Positions 1-10,352 of a DNA stretch of 21,414 nt are shown one piece after another. The position numbers and the translations under genes were made by a program. The notes beneath the pieces are model-generated. The model saw nothing but the letters and a program-made list of their open reading frames with translations, was not told the origin of the DNA and did no database searches. Within the stretch, counting starts at the first letter, position 1, and each line of letters starts with the position of its first letter. Origin of the DNA: Ginkgo biloba (lineage: Eukaryota > Plantae > Ginkgophyta); the NCBI GenBank assembly GCA_024626585.2, contig JANKJI020000002.1:63153506-63174919 (forward strand), written 5' to 3'.

Positions 1-19
1 CTTTCTTGTCTTGTTGGGA

Positions 20-650
20 TTCCGTTCAGGGATCACTGAGCAAGAAGACAACATGAGTCTAAGCCAACCAACCTCCGCTTTTGATGAGAGTTGATCACAT
101 CTCACAAGTCCTCCTTGCTCTCAGGCTATGTTGGACTCCTACATTTGGCGAGAGGTGACGATCGCCCCACATGTCTTCACAAAAAAGTAAGACATGCAGA
201 CTTGTAAAAACCTAGAGGCAGGAGCGACCGAATCAATACACAAGAAGGAGAATGAAGATACACCCACCTCAATACTATCATCCTTTGCATCTCTTTCCAC
301 TTTCGCCTATTCCATCCCCTCATAAGAAAATCCCTTAAAGTGAGGGGCACGCGGTCCATAACATGGATACTNNNNNNNNNNCATCACCTAACTTCATCAT
401 CATCCGTTTAAGCTCAACCTTTGTCATCATTGTATTCCTTCATCTGCTAAGTTGGTTCCTTTATAACAATTTTACTAGCATTCAAATGTTTATCAATAAC
501 TTCTCAGACGTCTTATGGCTCGTCATTCAAAGATCGCACGAATTGTAATATGGCTCATCTGTACTTGTTGGCAATGCGAGTTGATCGAGGCCTATTTTTC
601 TGATAGGTGAAGTGATAAAATCGGTTCACCGAGGGCAATTTCCCTAAAGA
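20..650 (-). mobile_element. Decayed LTR-retrotransposon 3' remnant (integrase C-terminal region, then a purine tract and LTR-like sequence)
   Basis: The minus strand of about 380-600 gives broken peptides (QLALPT...KEPT*QMKEYNDDK...MKLGD) resembling the Ty3/Gypsy post-integrase 'Q.KMK.YYD.K....F..GD' segment. A purine run (gagggga) then tg follows near 320-313 on the minus strand. Heavily degenerate, and boundaries are approximate. Confidence 0.4.
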
Positions 651-3600
651 AGTAAGTTGCCTCGTCCTGGGTCTCATTGCATGTGCTAGTCCATCCAAGA
701 GACAGTTTGGTAGCCAAGACTCACTCAACTTTTATCTTGCCTAAGAGTCTCATTCTCTCCTAGTATCAACCCATTTAATGGCCAATTGATCTTGGTGGAT
801 TTTTATAATCATGGTATGATTGGGGAGGTTATTAATGGTATAGGAGAGTACATAGTCTTTGAGGGTTCCATAACATCACTAAATAAAATTTAAATCATGT
901 TCATCAAAGATAAACGAAAAGAGTTTCTCTTGGAGGATTTGTGTGATCTTGGTGCTACCGAGAGAGTTTAAAAGGTATAGGATGATGGTGAACCTATTAT
1001 CTTTTCTACTCTCTACCTTGCATGTCATTAGGATGATCCCTCATATTAACCACTAGATTAACAAATGAACCTACCCTCACCCATAATGAGGGTATATGAT
1101 ATGGGTAGGACTACTTTATTTTCTACCCTTCTGGTTCACAGGCTATCGTGAGGAAAGTCATAATACTTTTCCAATTTTATCAATGGATCCTATTGTTTAT
1201 TTTTTGAAGAAATAAAACATTATTTGCATTAAATATTTTATAAGATTCTCCTGTTTTATAAATTACTCCCATATATATGGTCATTCCATAAATTTTCATC
1301 GATATCTTATATGTACCATGTTTATTCTAGTCTAGAAAAGGAAACAAGTAATTATATACCTCCTCAAATATAGTGTTCAATTTTTAGTCATTTTTTAAAT
1401 GATCGTTTAGACCCAAAAGATTTTAAAATAGTCTAATATTCCTATTAAAACATGTGTATAACATCATTCAAACTTTATTTCATGTATTATAAAACTTATT
1501 CTTTACTTATTATCCTTTACAATTTAAAATCACTCATCCAAGAATTGTAAACATTCTATGTATCATTGTCATACTTCTCTTGGTTTCCAACGAAAAAAAA
1601 ATTATAAAATTCCAAACTCTAGATTCCTCTATTTAATTCCTCAAGTTAAGTTACTTGATACATATATATTATGCATAATTATTATTTATGTAACATTTGA
1701 GTAAAATAAAATTTGTAATCTTCTTTTACTTTTTTATGTCACCCTAACAATGGCCTCTACAAATAAAACAAAAAAAAGCAAAAATAAATTGCTTCTTATT
1801 ATTTAAGACATTGTACCAAATGCATATATAATAATTCTGTAGTTCACTCAGATGCTTGACTCCCATTACTCTTACTAATGTCAAAGCCATAAATTATAGA
1901 GTTCATTCTACAATCTAAGACAATGGCACCCTAAATCTAGAAATACACTCTCTTGATAGGCCCATGGTTTCCATAAAAAAAAAAATTCCCTACCCCTTAT
2001 TTGTGTAACTCGTACCACCTTTCCTCAATTTCCAAATTAATAACTTCACCATCATCCTATAGATTATAAAAATAAAAATCATTTAAATAGTAATATTTAT
2101 TAAATCTCTAAAGAATTCAATTATAGAAACCATTTCCTTTGTGAAAGTTAGGTGTTGTGCCATCATTAGAATTTGCATTGAAATATCAAACTGCATATCC
2201 TTCAACCAATTTATAATCTCATATTATTATCATATTAATTCAAATTATTGCTTATAGTTTATCATTAAAATATGATATGTATCTCAAGAATTCACTAGAG
2301 AATTTATTACTACAATATCTAGGCAAATATTTATTTGCATATTCCTAAAATGTCTTCTTCTAGATTTCCCACTTTAGTGTTTAAGTACATTGTTCATTGT
2401 AGAATTATAACTTTCAAATATTTAATCAATGTTAATATTTACCAAACACATATAAATTATCATATTGTAACTTTTTTAAGTTTAAATTGCAACTCAAAGT
2501 TCAAATTCTTCACTCACATCAATATTACTCAAGTATTTAAATCTTTANNNNNNNNNNNNNNNNNNNNNNNNNNNNNNNNNNNNNNNNNNNNNNNNNNNNN
2601 NNNNNNNNNNNNNNNNNNNNNNNNNNNNNNNNNNNNNNNNNNNNNNNTCATAGGAGGCATGCTTATTATTATTATTATACTTTTATACTTTGGAGGTTTC
2701 TACCCTCGAAGTAGGCATAATCAATTCGAGTTCTTATTTTACAATCTGAGTTCTTGAGCGGAGTTGAATTGCGTTCAATGTTGAAGATTTACATCAAGGT
2801 CATCAAGGTTCCTAACATTGTAAATGATACAACTTCTTCAACACATACACACATTCATAACAATGTCTTAGTTATTATAAGTGCAACTTAATGAAGAATT
2901 TATAATATCAAAGCATAATCATAATTCATACGCATAAATCTGCACAAACAATTTGAGAAAATGCTCATTCTCATTAATATAAAAACATATACAAAGAATA
3001 TAGATAATGCCACTATTTATGAGATTATGCTTACGCTTAACAAACTACACTACAATTTAACAACATCAACCTATACTTAGCTCTTACACGTGCTCTTCTA
3101 AAAGCACCTGTAAGAGCTATTATATATTATTTATTTTGTGTCTATATTTAATATAAACTCTTATTTAGAAGCTTACATATAAAATATTCTTTAAGATTCT
3201 AATGAGTATTCCTTCTCCTTCTAAAGTCATTTATCATTTCTTTACAAAGCTTTTTTAAAATATACATTATGCTCCACTCATCATCAAATGATTTTTCCTA
3301 CATAACTCTACAATTTAAATTTTTTTAACCTTATCTCACTCCCTCACCACATTCTTTCCTTCACTTTGTGTGACTTGAAGGCTATGATTTTATATAATAA
3401 GATCCACCTCCATTGGATGATGCAAATGCTTAAGAAACACATGCCATTGTTACTTATATTTATAAAATCAACATTACAACATTGTTTTTGGATCCTTCTT
3501 TTACTTTTAAAGAGATTATGCTTATGTTTCTTAGCTTTAATGAATTTTCAACCATAGGGGCCAAGGCCAGGAATGAATTAAAGCCCCTCTCAAATGTAAT

Positions 3601-3794
3601 TTTTTTTAGGAGCTTGGTCACGTTTAAGGGCTTTTAAGAACTAGAAACAAGAGGTCTCCCCTTCTCTTTAAATTAGTTGAAAATTTTGTGAATATGGTTA
3701 AAATCCAATAACTGTTCTAATTATGCAAGATTACATTCTACCTAGTAAAAATGGATTGACTATTTACATAGGTACCCAATTTGAATCATATTCC

Positions 3795-4295
3795 CATCGC
3801 ATCTTAAGAGGAGGATCTATAATTTTGATTCTCTTTGGTTGCTTTCTCCTACTTTTTATATGATTTCTTCTCAAAATATCTTTATCTCATGCTTAGTTAA
3901 AGTCATTTCATATTTTTTCCTTAGCTTGCATAAAATTTGAAAACCATATATTTTGATATACTTTGAGGAAACTCTTCCAAAAATGAACAATGTCCTTTTT
4001 TAATATGACATTGTTTTGTTTAAGATAAGACCCCATCTTAAGAGGATGATTTACAATTTTAATTATGTATTTAGTTGACGACTTTCTTCTTAAATTTCTC
4101 TTTACCTCATGTTTAGTCAAAGCCATTTCATATTGCTTATTTATCTTGCAAAAGCTTTGATGAGCTTATGTTTTGATGATACTTCGAAGAAGCTCCTAAG
4201 CAATGTGAGGTCGAAAAAGGAATAAAGTCCTCTTTTAATGTGACATTATTTTGAGTTTAAGCTTTATCTTAACAAGACAATTTAAAATGTTAGTT
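3795..4295. repeat. Diverged tandem duplication, ~220-230 bp period, about 2.2 copies (runs into a gap)
   Basis: tcatgcttagttaaagtcatttcatatt (3887) vs tcatgtttagtcaaagccatttcatatt (4107); catcttaagagga at 3800 and 4034; ttttaatatgacattgtttt vs ttttaatgtgacattatttt. Confidence 0.75.
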
Positions 4296-5283
4296 NNNNN
4301 NNNNNNNNNNNNNNNNNNNNNNNNNNNNNNNNNNNNNNNNNNNNNNNNNNNNNNNNNNNNNNNNNNNNNNNNNNNNNNNNNNNNNNNNNNNNNNNNNNNN
4401 NNNNNNNNNNNNNNNNNNNNNNNNNNNNNNNNNNNNNNNNNNNNNNNNNNNNNNNNNNNNNNNNNNNNNNNNNNNNNNNNNNNNNNNNNNNNNNNNNNNN
4501 NNNNNNNNNNNNNNNNNNNNNNNNNNNNNNNNNNNNNNNNNNNNNNNNNNNNNNNNNNNNNNNNNNNNNNNNNNNNNNNNNNNNNNNNNNNNNNNNNNNN
4601 NNNNNNNNNNNNNNNNNNNNNNNNNNNNNNNNNNNNNNNNNNNNNNNNNNNNNNNNNNNNNNNNNNNNNNNNNNNNNNNNNNNNNNNNNNNNNNNNNNNN
4701 NNNNNNNNNNNNNNNNNNNNNNNNNNNNNNNNNNNNNNNNNNNNNNNNNNNNNNNNNNNNNNNNNNNNNNNNNNNNNNNNNNNNNNNNNNNNNNNNNNNN
4801 NNNNNNNNNNNNNNNNNNNNNNNNNNNNNTAATTTCTTAGTCACATCACATTACTTAAGGGGCTAGTGATGGGAGAAAGTTCCCAATCCCTCATGCTAAA
4901 TTTTTTTCAAGAGACTATGGATGATGTGACTTCATCATAATTAAAGAAATATGTTAAAGAAATCGCTAAGTTCCTCTAAAATTATCGAAGCGAAGAACTA
5001 ACACACTATTCAAATAAATAAAAGGAAGAACATGCATGGCGACCACAAATTAAAAACCCTCTTTCCTAATTGGTAATGGCTTCTTATTAGATGACGAGAA
5101 AACATTTTTTTAGAGAGGATTCTAATTTTATGCCCAAATAATAAAAAAAATTGTCTTGATGTGACACCTCTCTTCTCATTTTTAGGGAGCTCGGAGCTCC
5201 ATCTCCCATGTGACCAATCTGTTACACTAAATATCCGAATTGAGGCCAGCAAGCCAGTCAAGTGCCAAAAAGTCTTTTCACTA

Positions 5284-5301
5284 CTCTCTCTCTCTCTCTC
5301 T
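5284..5301 (+). repeat. (CT)9 microsatellite / Y-patch in the putative promoter-5'UTR
   Basis: Read directly. CT/GA tracts are common near plant transcription starts. It lies about 260 bp upstream of the ATG at 5559. Confidence 0.85.
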
Positions 5302-5440
5302 TCTCCCAACAAACAAACAACCCCATTCTATTCCTTCACACAGGAAATACCACAAACATGCAGCTGAAGGAGTGCATCGACTGCTTCCTCCCTTAACATA
5401 TTTCCATCTATTTTTCTTCCTTTTTTTCTCAAGAATTTCC

Positions 5441-5520
5441 TCGCCAAAATCACCGCCAATCCCTGGAAACGCATTTTAGCAGGACCGCGGAGTTTCTCCC
5501 CGCCAAATTTGGAGGCGGAA
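5441..5520 (-). promoter_or_regulatory. Cluster of E2F-type cis-elements (WTTSSCSS) in a CpG-rich patch upstream of the ATG
   Basis: ccgccaat at 5453-5460 (= ATTGGCGG on the minus strand) and ccgccaaa at 5500-5507 (= TTTGGCGG) fit the plant E2F consensus. There is a near-match tcgccaaa at 5441-5448. CpG is locally retained, unlike the flanking repeats. Confidence 0.55.
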
Positions 5521-5558
5521 CGATCCCATTTTCGCTATAATTCATCAACTTTTGCAGC

Positions 5559-5570
5559 ATGGAAGAAGAT
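5559..5570 (+). CDS. Putative first coding exon (MEED), phase-0 donor
   Basis: gcagcATGG start context, then ATG GAA GAA GAT|gtaag. A 92-nt intron ending tgcag at 5662 joins in frame to the next exon. Confidence 0.6.
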
Positions 5571-5662
5571 GTAAGATAACTTGAGCCAGGTTATTGGATT
5601 GCTCTTCCGGTTAGGATACAGATTTAATGTTTATATATTTCATGGGTTTCTGTTAAATGCAG

Positions 5663-5851
5663 GGTAAAGAATGCCGGGAAGACGATACAATACCTGCTTT
5701 TGAGAGCTTTGTAACGGAAAATGACGAAGGGAATCAAGCCGAGGAGCAGCAGTGTGGCACGATTGCATCAAGATTGACGGATTCCGTGCCGTCTCCTGTG
5801 AATAAAGAGCCTCATTTCTGTGGCAACGAAACGGGATTGGATTGGAACCAA
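5663..5851 (+). CDS. Putative exon 2, 63 aa acidic segment of unknown family (GKECREDDT...GLDWNQ)
   Basis: Acceptor aaatgcag|GGT and donor CAA|gtaag. 189 nt, open, phase 0 at both ends, and GC-richer than its flanks. Confidence 0.6.
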
Positions 5852-5919
5852 GTAAGCTCTTTGGTTGGATGCAATTTTAATGCTTTTGAATGTTGATTGA
5901 AATCCGAGCTTTGGGTGCC

Positions 5920-6001
5920 TTGCTTGGGTTTAGGGCCAATTCCCACAGCTGGTTATGTTAAGGTTATTTTCAGTGGTAATAATGGGCCAAATGAACCGTC
6001 T
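5920..6001. repeat. Outlying copy of the intronic fold-back repeat (truncated by the gap)
   Basis: acagctggttatgttaaggttattttcagtgg...ggccaaatga matches the units at 8258 and 8613. Confidence 0.75.
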
Positions 6002-6426
6002 NNNNNNNNNNNNNNNNNNNNNNNNNNNNNNNNNNNNNNNNNNNNNNNNNNNNNNNNNNNNNNNNNNNNNNNNNNNNNNNNNNNNNNNNNNNNNNNNNNN
6101 NTAATATAATAGAGTATTAAATAACAGAGTATATATTATGCATAGAAGTTATATAATATATTATATAATGGTGTATCTATTCTATATAACTAAAATAATT
6201 GGCATTTTCAGCCCCCCCCCCCAACCAAACTGGAAAGAAAAACAAAATAAATTCAATTTTTGGGCCCACAACCAAAAATGATTTTGCGTCCAAAAATGAT
6301 TTTAAAAACAAATGTATTCAAAAGATTTTATGTCTAGAAATGATTAAACAAGATTAAATGTGATGTTATGATCTCGCATGGCTCTAATGAGGTCATGTGA
6401 GTGAAGGAGCAAACCTGAAATAGCAG

Positions 6427-6636
6427 ATGAACAAACCAATAGATGAATTGTGATGTTCATCACATTTTAGGGAGGATAGTTGAATTCTGTAACCTGTATT
6501 GTAGTTTGGAAATATGAACAAACCAACAAATGAATTGTGATGTTCATGGAGGATAGATGAATTATGAATTTAAAAATTCAAAAAAAAAGAAGTTAAAAGT
6601 TCCAATTCTGTAACCTGTACTGCAATTTGGAAATAT
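6427..6636. repeat. Local tandem duplication, first unit 87 bp, second copy with indels
   Basis: atgaacaaaccaa.a.atgaattgtgatgttcat at 6427 and 6514. aattctgtaacctgta.tg.a.tttggaaatat occurs twice. Confidence 0.8.
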
Positions 6637-6768
6637 ATAAGCCAGAAAGTATAGCATAATCAATTTCAATTTGTTAGGCAAATTTTTAAAATTTCTGTTT
6701 ATTTTTGCAGATGAATTTAGAAATTATTTTTCAGTACTTGTATTTTTATAATAATTGCTTTCTTGCAG

Positions 6769-6825
6769 TATGAATATGAATGGATGGGAAGTCATGATAG
6801 CCATTAGATTCAACACTGCCATTAG
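6769..6825 (+). other. Possible 57-nt cassette/cryptic exon (stop-containing in the frame of the flanking exons)
   Basis: Acceptor tgctttcttgcag| and donor AG|gtatg. Phase-0 reading is YEYEWMGSHDSH*IQHCH*. Only the +1 frame is open. Confidence 0.3.
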
Positions 6826-7754
6826 GTATGTGGCAAACTTATTACAAATTATATTATTTTGATAATTAGAAAGGGTGGTTTGTGTGCAATTTTAAAGAAC
6901 AAAACATTTGATTTTTTTTTCTATTTCAACATTTACACTTTTATGAAAGCAAGACTTCCTTTGGTGTTTTCTGCCTTTATCAAGTTTTAATTGGATAGTT
7001 TCAATTGGTATGCCCCTTAAGGCCATTTCCCACTAAGGAATAATGCAAATTAGTTTAAATTACTATTGTAGTTGAATTATTTGTAGCTTTGCACTATATA
7101 CGAGTGAATGAATATTATGTAATGTAACAATAATTATAATGTAAGTTACATTGATTTCCACTAGATTCATTTTTTTATCGTCGGCTTGGCTTTAATTAAG
7201 TTTGCAAGATATTTATTTGAAGTACCATCAAACTTACCTGTATCAATGACTAAGTTGTTTGGCACACACCCATATCTCCTTATAGATCAGTTAGCCTTGT
7301 AACTTCCCAAAAGTACCTTCTTTAACAAGCCACTGAGTCTCTTACCATAATATGTTGTTAAACTAAAAATAAGTCAAACTGATTAATTTAATATTATGCT
7401 CAGTAGGAATTGAATTAAAATACTAACTAATAATTTTCTAAAATGCCCGACAACAAGGAACCAAAAACATGAGAACATAGTTTAAAGATGCCTTAATTTG
7501 TAGAGAAGATATGTGTTGTCTATTTGGTCCACTTTTCACCATTCTGTAAATATAATTAAATTTGATAGTGCTTATTTGCCATTTCGCACTGAATTTTATT
7601 AAGTGATTCTGTTAAGCACAATTCATAATAATTCTGATTAAGTTGTAGAAATTCTGATTCTTTTTTAAAGTACTTGTGGAGGTACTTTAAGGAATTTGTT
7701 GCTTTCTATTTTAATTGACTCTGACTGAGAATACTTATTGTAATTTATTGGAGA

Positions 7755-7840
7755 AGCAGGTGAGCATGAAGCAGCGTTAAGAATAATGTGCCAAATGAGT
7801 CATTTGTTCCACTATTGCTGAAATTTAGTCGAACACGTGG
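7755..7840. repeat. Outlying copy of the fold-back repeat
   Basis: ataatgtgccaaatgagtcatttgttccactattgctgaaatttagtcgaaca aligns with the unit core and 3' arm. Confidence 0.7.
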
Positions 7841-8129
7841 TTCTGTTATAATTTTTTTAGTAATAATAATAACGTGCTATTGATATTCAGTCTAATAGTA
7901 TTACATACCCTCGGCACAATAAGATCTATCCACTTCTTACCTTTTGCTGGGTTCTTTCCCTGATTCATTGGTTGAAGCCAAAACACCACCGCTTTGAGCT
8001 AGTATCCTGGCAAGGACCCAAAAAAAAGGAACTTGGTTAGATAGAACAGATGTAAATATGTTCTTAACTCAAAGAGCTGGCTTGGATTTACTTATTTTAG
8101 TGGCACATTTCAAAGTTTTATGGACAACC

Positions 8130-8885
8130 TTTGTTACAGTTATATATTGTAATCAACTTCAGCAATACTAATGTGCTAAATTACTCATCGGTCATTGTAT
8201 AGATATCTGATGTTATATAACCAGAAATGCAAATTGCTTTCCTTTAGAGTGACTTAGACAGCTGGTCATGTGAAAGTGAATTTCAGTGACACTGATATGC
8301 CAAATGACTCATCTGTCCCACCGTCATTGAAATTCAGGAACAGAACCTGAGAAACCATCATTGCAAATTACCTTGTTTTAGAGTGGATTCTCACAACTAC
8401 TTATGTTGTAAATTGCAATATGTATAAAGTGTAACATGATCCATTTTTCCTACTATTAAGGAAATTCTGTCTAGCATAGCCATCCCAGTTGGTTATGTTA
8501 AAACGAATTTCAGGATCAATTATGTGCTGAAGGATGTGTCTGTCCCGCAATTAGTGAAATTCTGTCTGATACAAGTACCAACTGGAATTAACTTGCTTTA
8601 GAGCAAATTTTAACAGCTGGTTATGTTCAACTAAGTTTCGTTAATTATAAATTACCACATGATCCATCTTTCTCGCAATTAGGGGATTTTAGTCTAACAG
8701 AATGAATGAGCACCAAGAATTACCTTGCTCTGGGGTGTTTTCTCAAAGTTCATAATGCTAAAGCAAAGTTTCAGGAACAGCAGTGTGCCAAATGAGTCTT
8801 CTGCTTCACCATCATTGAAATCTAGTCTGACATAACCTGCAGTGCAAGTCGTTTGCTCTAGCGTGATTTTTTGTAACTGGTTCAA
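8130..8885. repeat. Diverged tandem array of about 6-7 units (~90-135 bp), each carrying imperfect ~28-bp inverted arms
   Basis: Unit starts near 8135, 8258, 8393, 8485, 8613, 8745 and 8873 (partial). Approximate consensus: aattaccttgctttagag...acagctggttatgttaaactgaatttcagtga...tgccaaatgactcatctgtccc...tcattgaaattcagtctaacataacc. The 3' arm is the reverse complement of the 5' arm. Confidence 0.8.
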
Positions 8886-9679
8886 TATAAAAATGTATTT
8901 AGTAGAAATGTAGATAAAGTATTTGACCAATTTCCCTATATGAGATATTATACTATAGTTAATATTATTCAATACATATTCTTTTGATAGTTTATATATT
9001 ATTCACTAATTAATTTTGAATCATATTCATCATTATTATTGAATTGGTCACACTTAATTTATTAATGTAATTTATGAGGGTGTGGTGAGATGGACATGTT
9101 CTTTTTCTTAATCATATAATATCAATATAGATTAGCCAATATATTATGTGGCTATAATAAAAGTTGCTTTTGCACTTATATATAGGACACAATTGTTTAG
9201 ATTTTTATAAATATTAACTTTATAGTTTTATTTTTATGAGATGTTCATGAATGTTTCTTTTTATATATTCTTAGTCCATGTCAAAGGCATGAAACTATAA
9301 TATTTTGTTTTATATTTATGTATTTATTTATTCTTAAAAAGTCTTCTCTTAATTATATTTTATATTGCCTCATTAGGATACATTAGTCATTGATATGTTT
9401 TGCATAAGATTTGAATATTTTCCAATGTCATAAAAGTTATTTTTCTTCACCACTTTCCTAATGGCTAATATGTCCTCCAATTTATCCTAATTTGTTTCAA
9501 CCAACCAAATTATTTATTGTCTTGTGTAACTTTAGGTTTATAATGTTTTATCAAATCTTTGTATTTTTATAGGTATCATAAGTTTTATATTACCATTTAT
9601 TTTTAATCTAATTAGTGTCTTGTCAATGATTACACAATTTATGGTTTAGCTTAGACCCTCAAGGGTTCATGTATGACAG

Positions 9680-9793
9680 CATGTGGAGCATAGAGTTGAT
9701 TTCACAATTGGGTCTGATAGTGGGATTAGCATAGATGCTGACAAACTTCAACAGCACCAAATCAATGCACGTGATTTTTTCGTTCCTACACAA
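9680..9793 (+). CDS. TEB: DNA polymerase theta (TEBICHI/POLQ-like) polymerase-domain exon, HVEHRVDF...QINARDFFVPTQ
   Basis: gacag|CAT ... CAA|gtaag, 114 nt, phase 0/0. The peptide matches the plant TEBICHI segment 'xVEHxVEF...INARDFFVPTQ' that precedes motif A. Too short for the ORF track. Confidence 0.88.
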
Positions 9794-9895
9794 GTAAGTT
9801 CCAGTATGCCTCCTTTCTTGCAGTCTTTGCATTTTTTAAATATTCACTGATTTAATGTCCCTAATTCGTTCCTCTGTATTGAAATGTGACTGCAG

Positions 9896-10248
9896 GAAAG
9901 TTGGTTGTTGATGTCTGCAGACTATTCCCAAATAGAACTACGCTTGATGGCTCATTTTTCTGAAGATGCTTCATTACTTGGTCTTCTCAGGAAGCCAGAT
10001 GGTGATCTTTTCCGGATGATTGCAGCAAGATGGACAGAACAAAATGAATCTGCAATAACTGAGAAGCAAAGAGATCAAACCAAAAAGTTAATATATGGAA
10101 TTCTGTATGGCATGGGTGTTAACACCTTGGCTGAGCACCTAGAATGCAGTGTAGCTGAAGCTGCTGAGAGATATAATCGTTTCAAGAGCGCCTTTCCTGG
10201 TGTTTCATCGTGGCTTCATCAGGCAGTTGAGAGATGCCGCCAAAAAGG
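9896..10248 (+). CDS. TEB: DNA polymerase theta (TEBICHI/POLQ-like) exon with family-A motifs A and B
   Basis: tgcag|GAA AGT TGG ... CAA AAA GG|gtatg, 353 nt, no stops. It encodes ESWLLMSADYSQIELRLMAHFS (motif A with the catalytic Asp) and RDQTKKLIYGILYGMG (motif B, with Tyr as in Pol theta, unlike the KMLNFSIAYG type of plant organellar PolI). The ORF-track extension past 10248 is intron read-through. Confidence 0.93.
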
Positions 10249-10352
10249 GTATGCTTTCAGCTTGTTATATCAACAGGGTTCATGTTTTTGGTATGCAATG
10301 AACTTTCTACAGATATCGCATCATGGGCACTTGCTAATTGTCTATTTAAAAG

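Noticed and set aside
4251-4844. Long ORFs in the ORF track (also 2335, 10489, 13091, 17677, 19346)
   Set aside because: These are artefacts of N runs being translated as X.
5186-5200. Short palindrome ggagctc-g-gagctcc (and the C11 run at 6212-6222)
   Set aside because: Too short to exceed chance, with no supporting context.
8130-8885. CRISPR array interpretation of the palindromic repeats
   Set aside because: The context is eukaryotic and intronic, the units are diverged, the inter-repeat segments are homologous rather than unique spacers, and there are no cas genes.
8258-8972. Protein-coding repeat (TAGYV...PNDSS..P..LKF peptides; ORF 8694-8972 on the minus strand)
   Set aside because: Units end in or contain stops, one has a 1-nt shift, and there are no consistent splice sites. 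The same peptide appears on both strands because of DNA symmetry.
9896-10248. Bacterial polA or plant organellar PolI (POP), or horizontal transfer
   Set aside because: Spliceosomal introns flank the exons, and the motifs INARDFFVPTQ and RDQTKKLIYGILYG are TEBICHI/Pol theta type.
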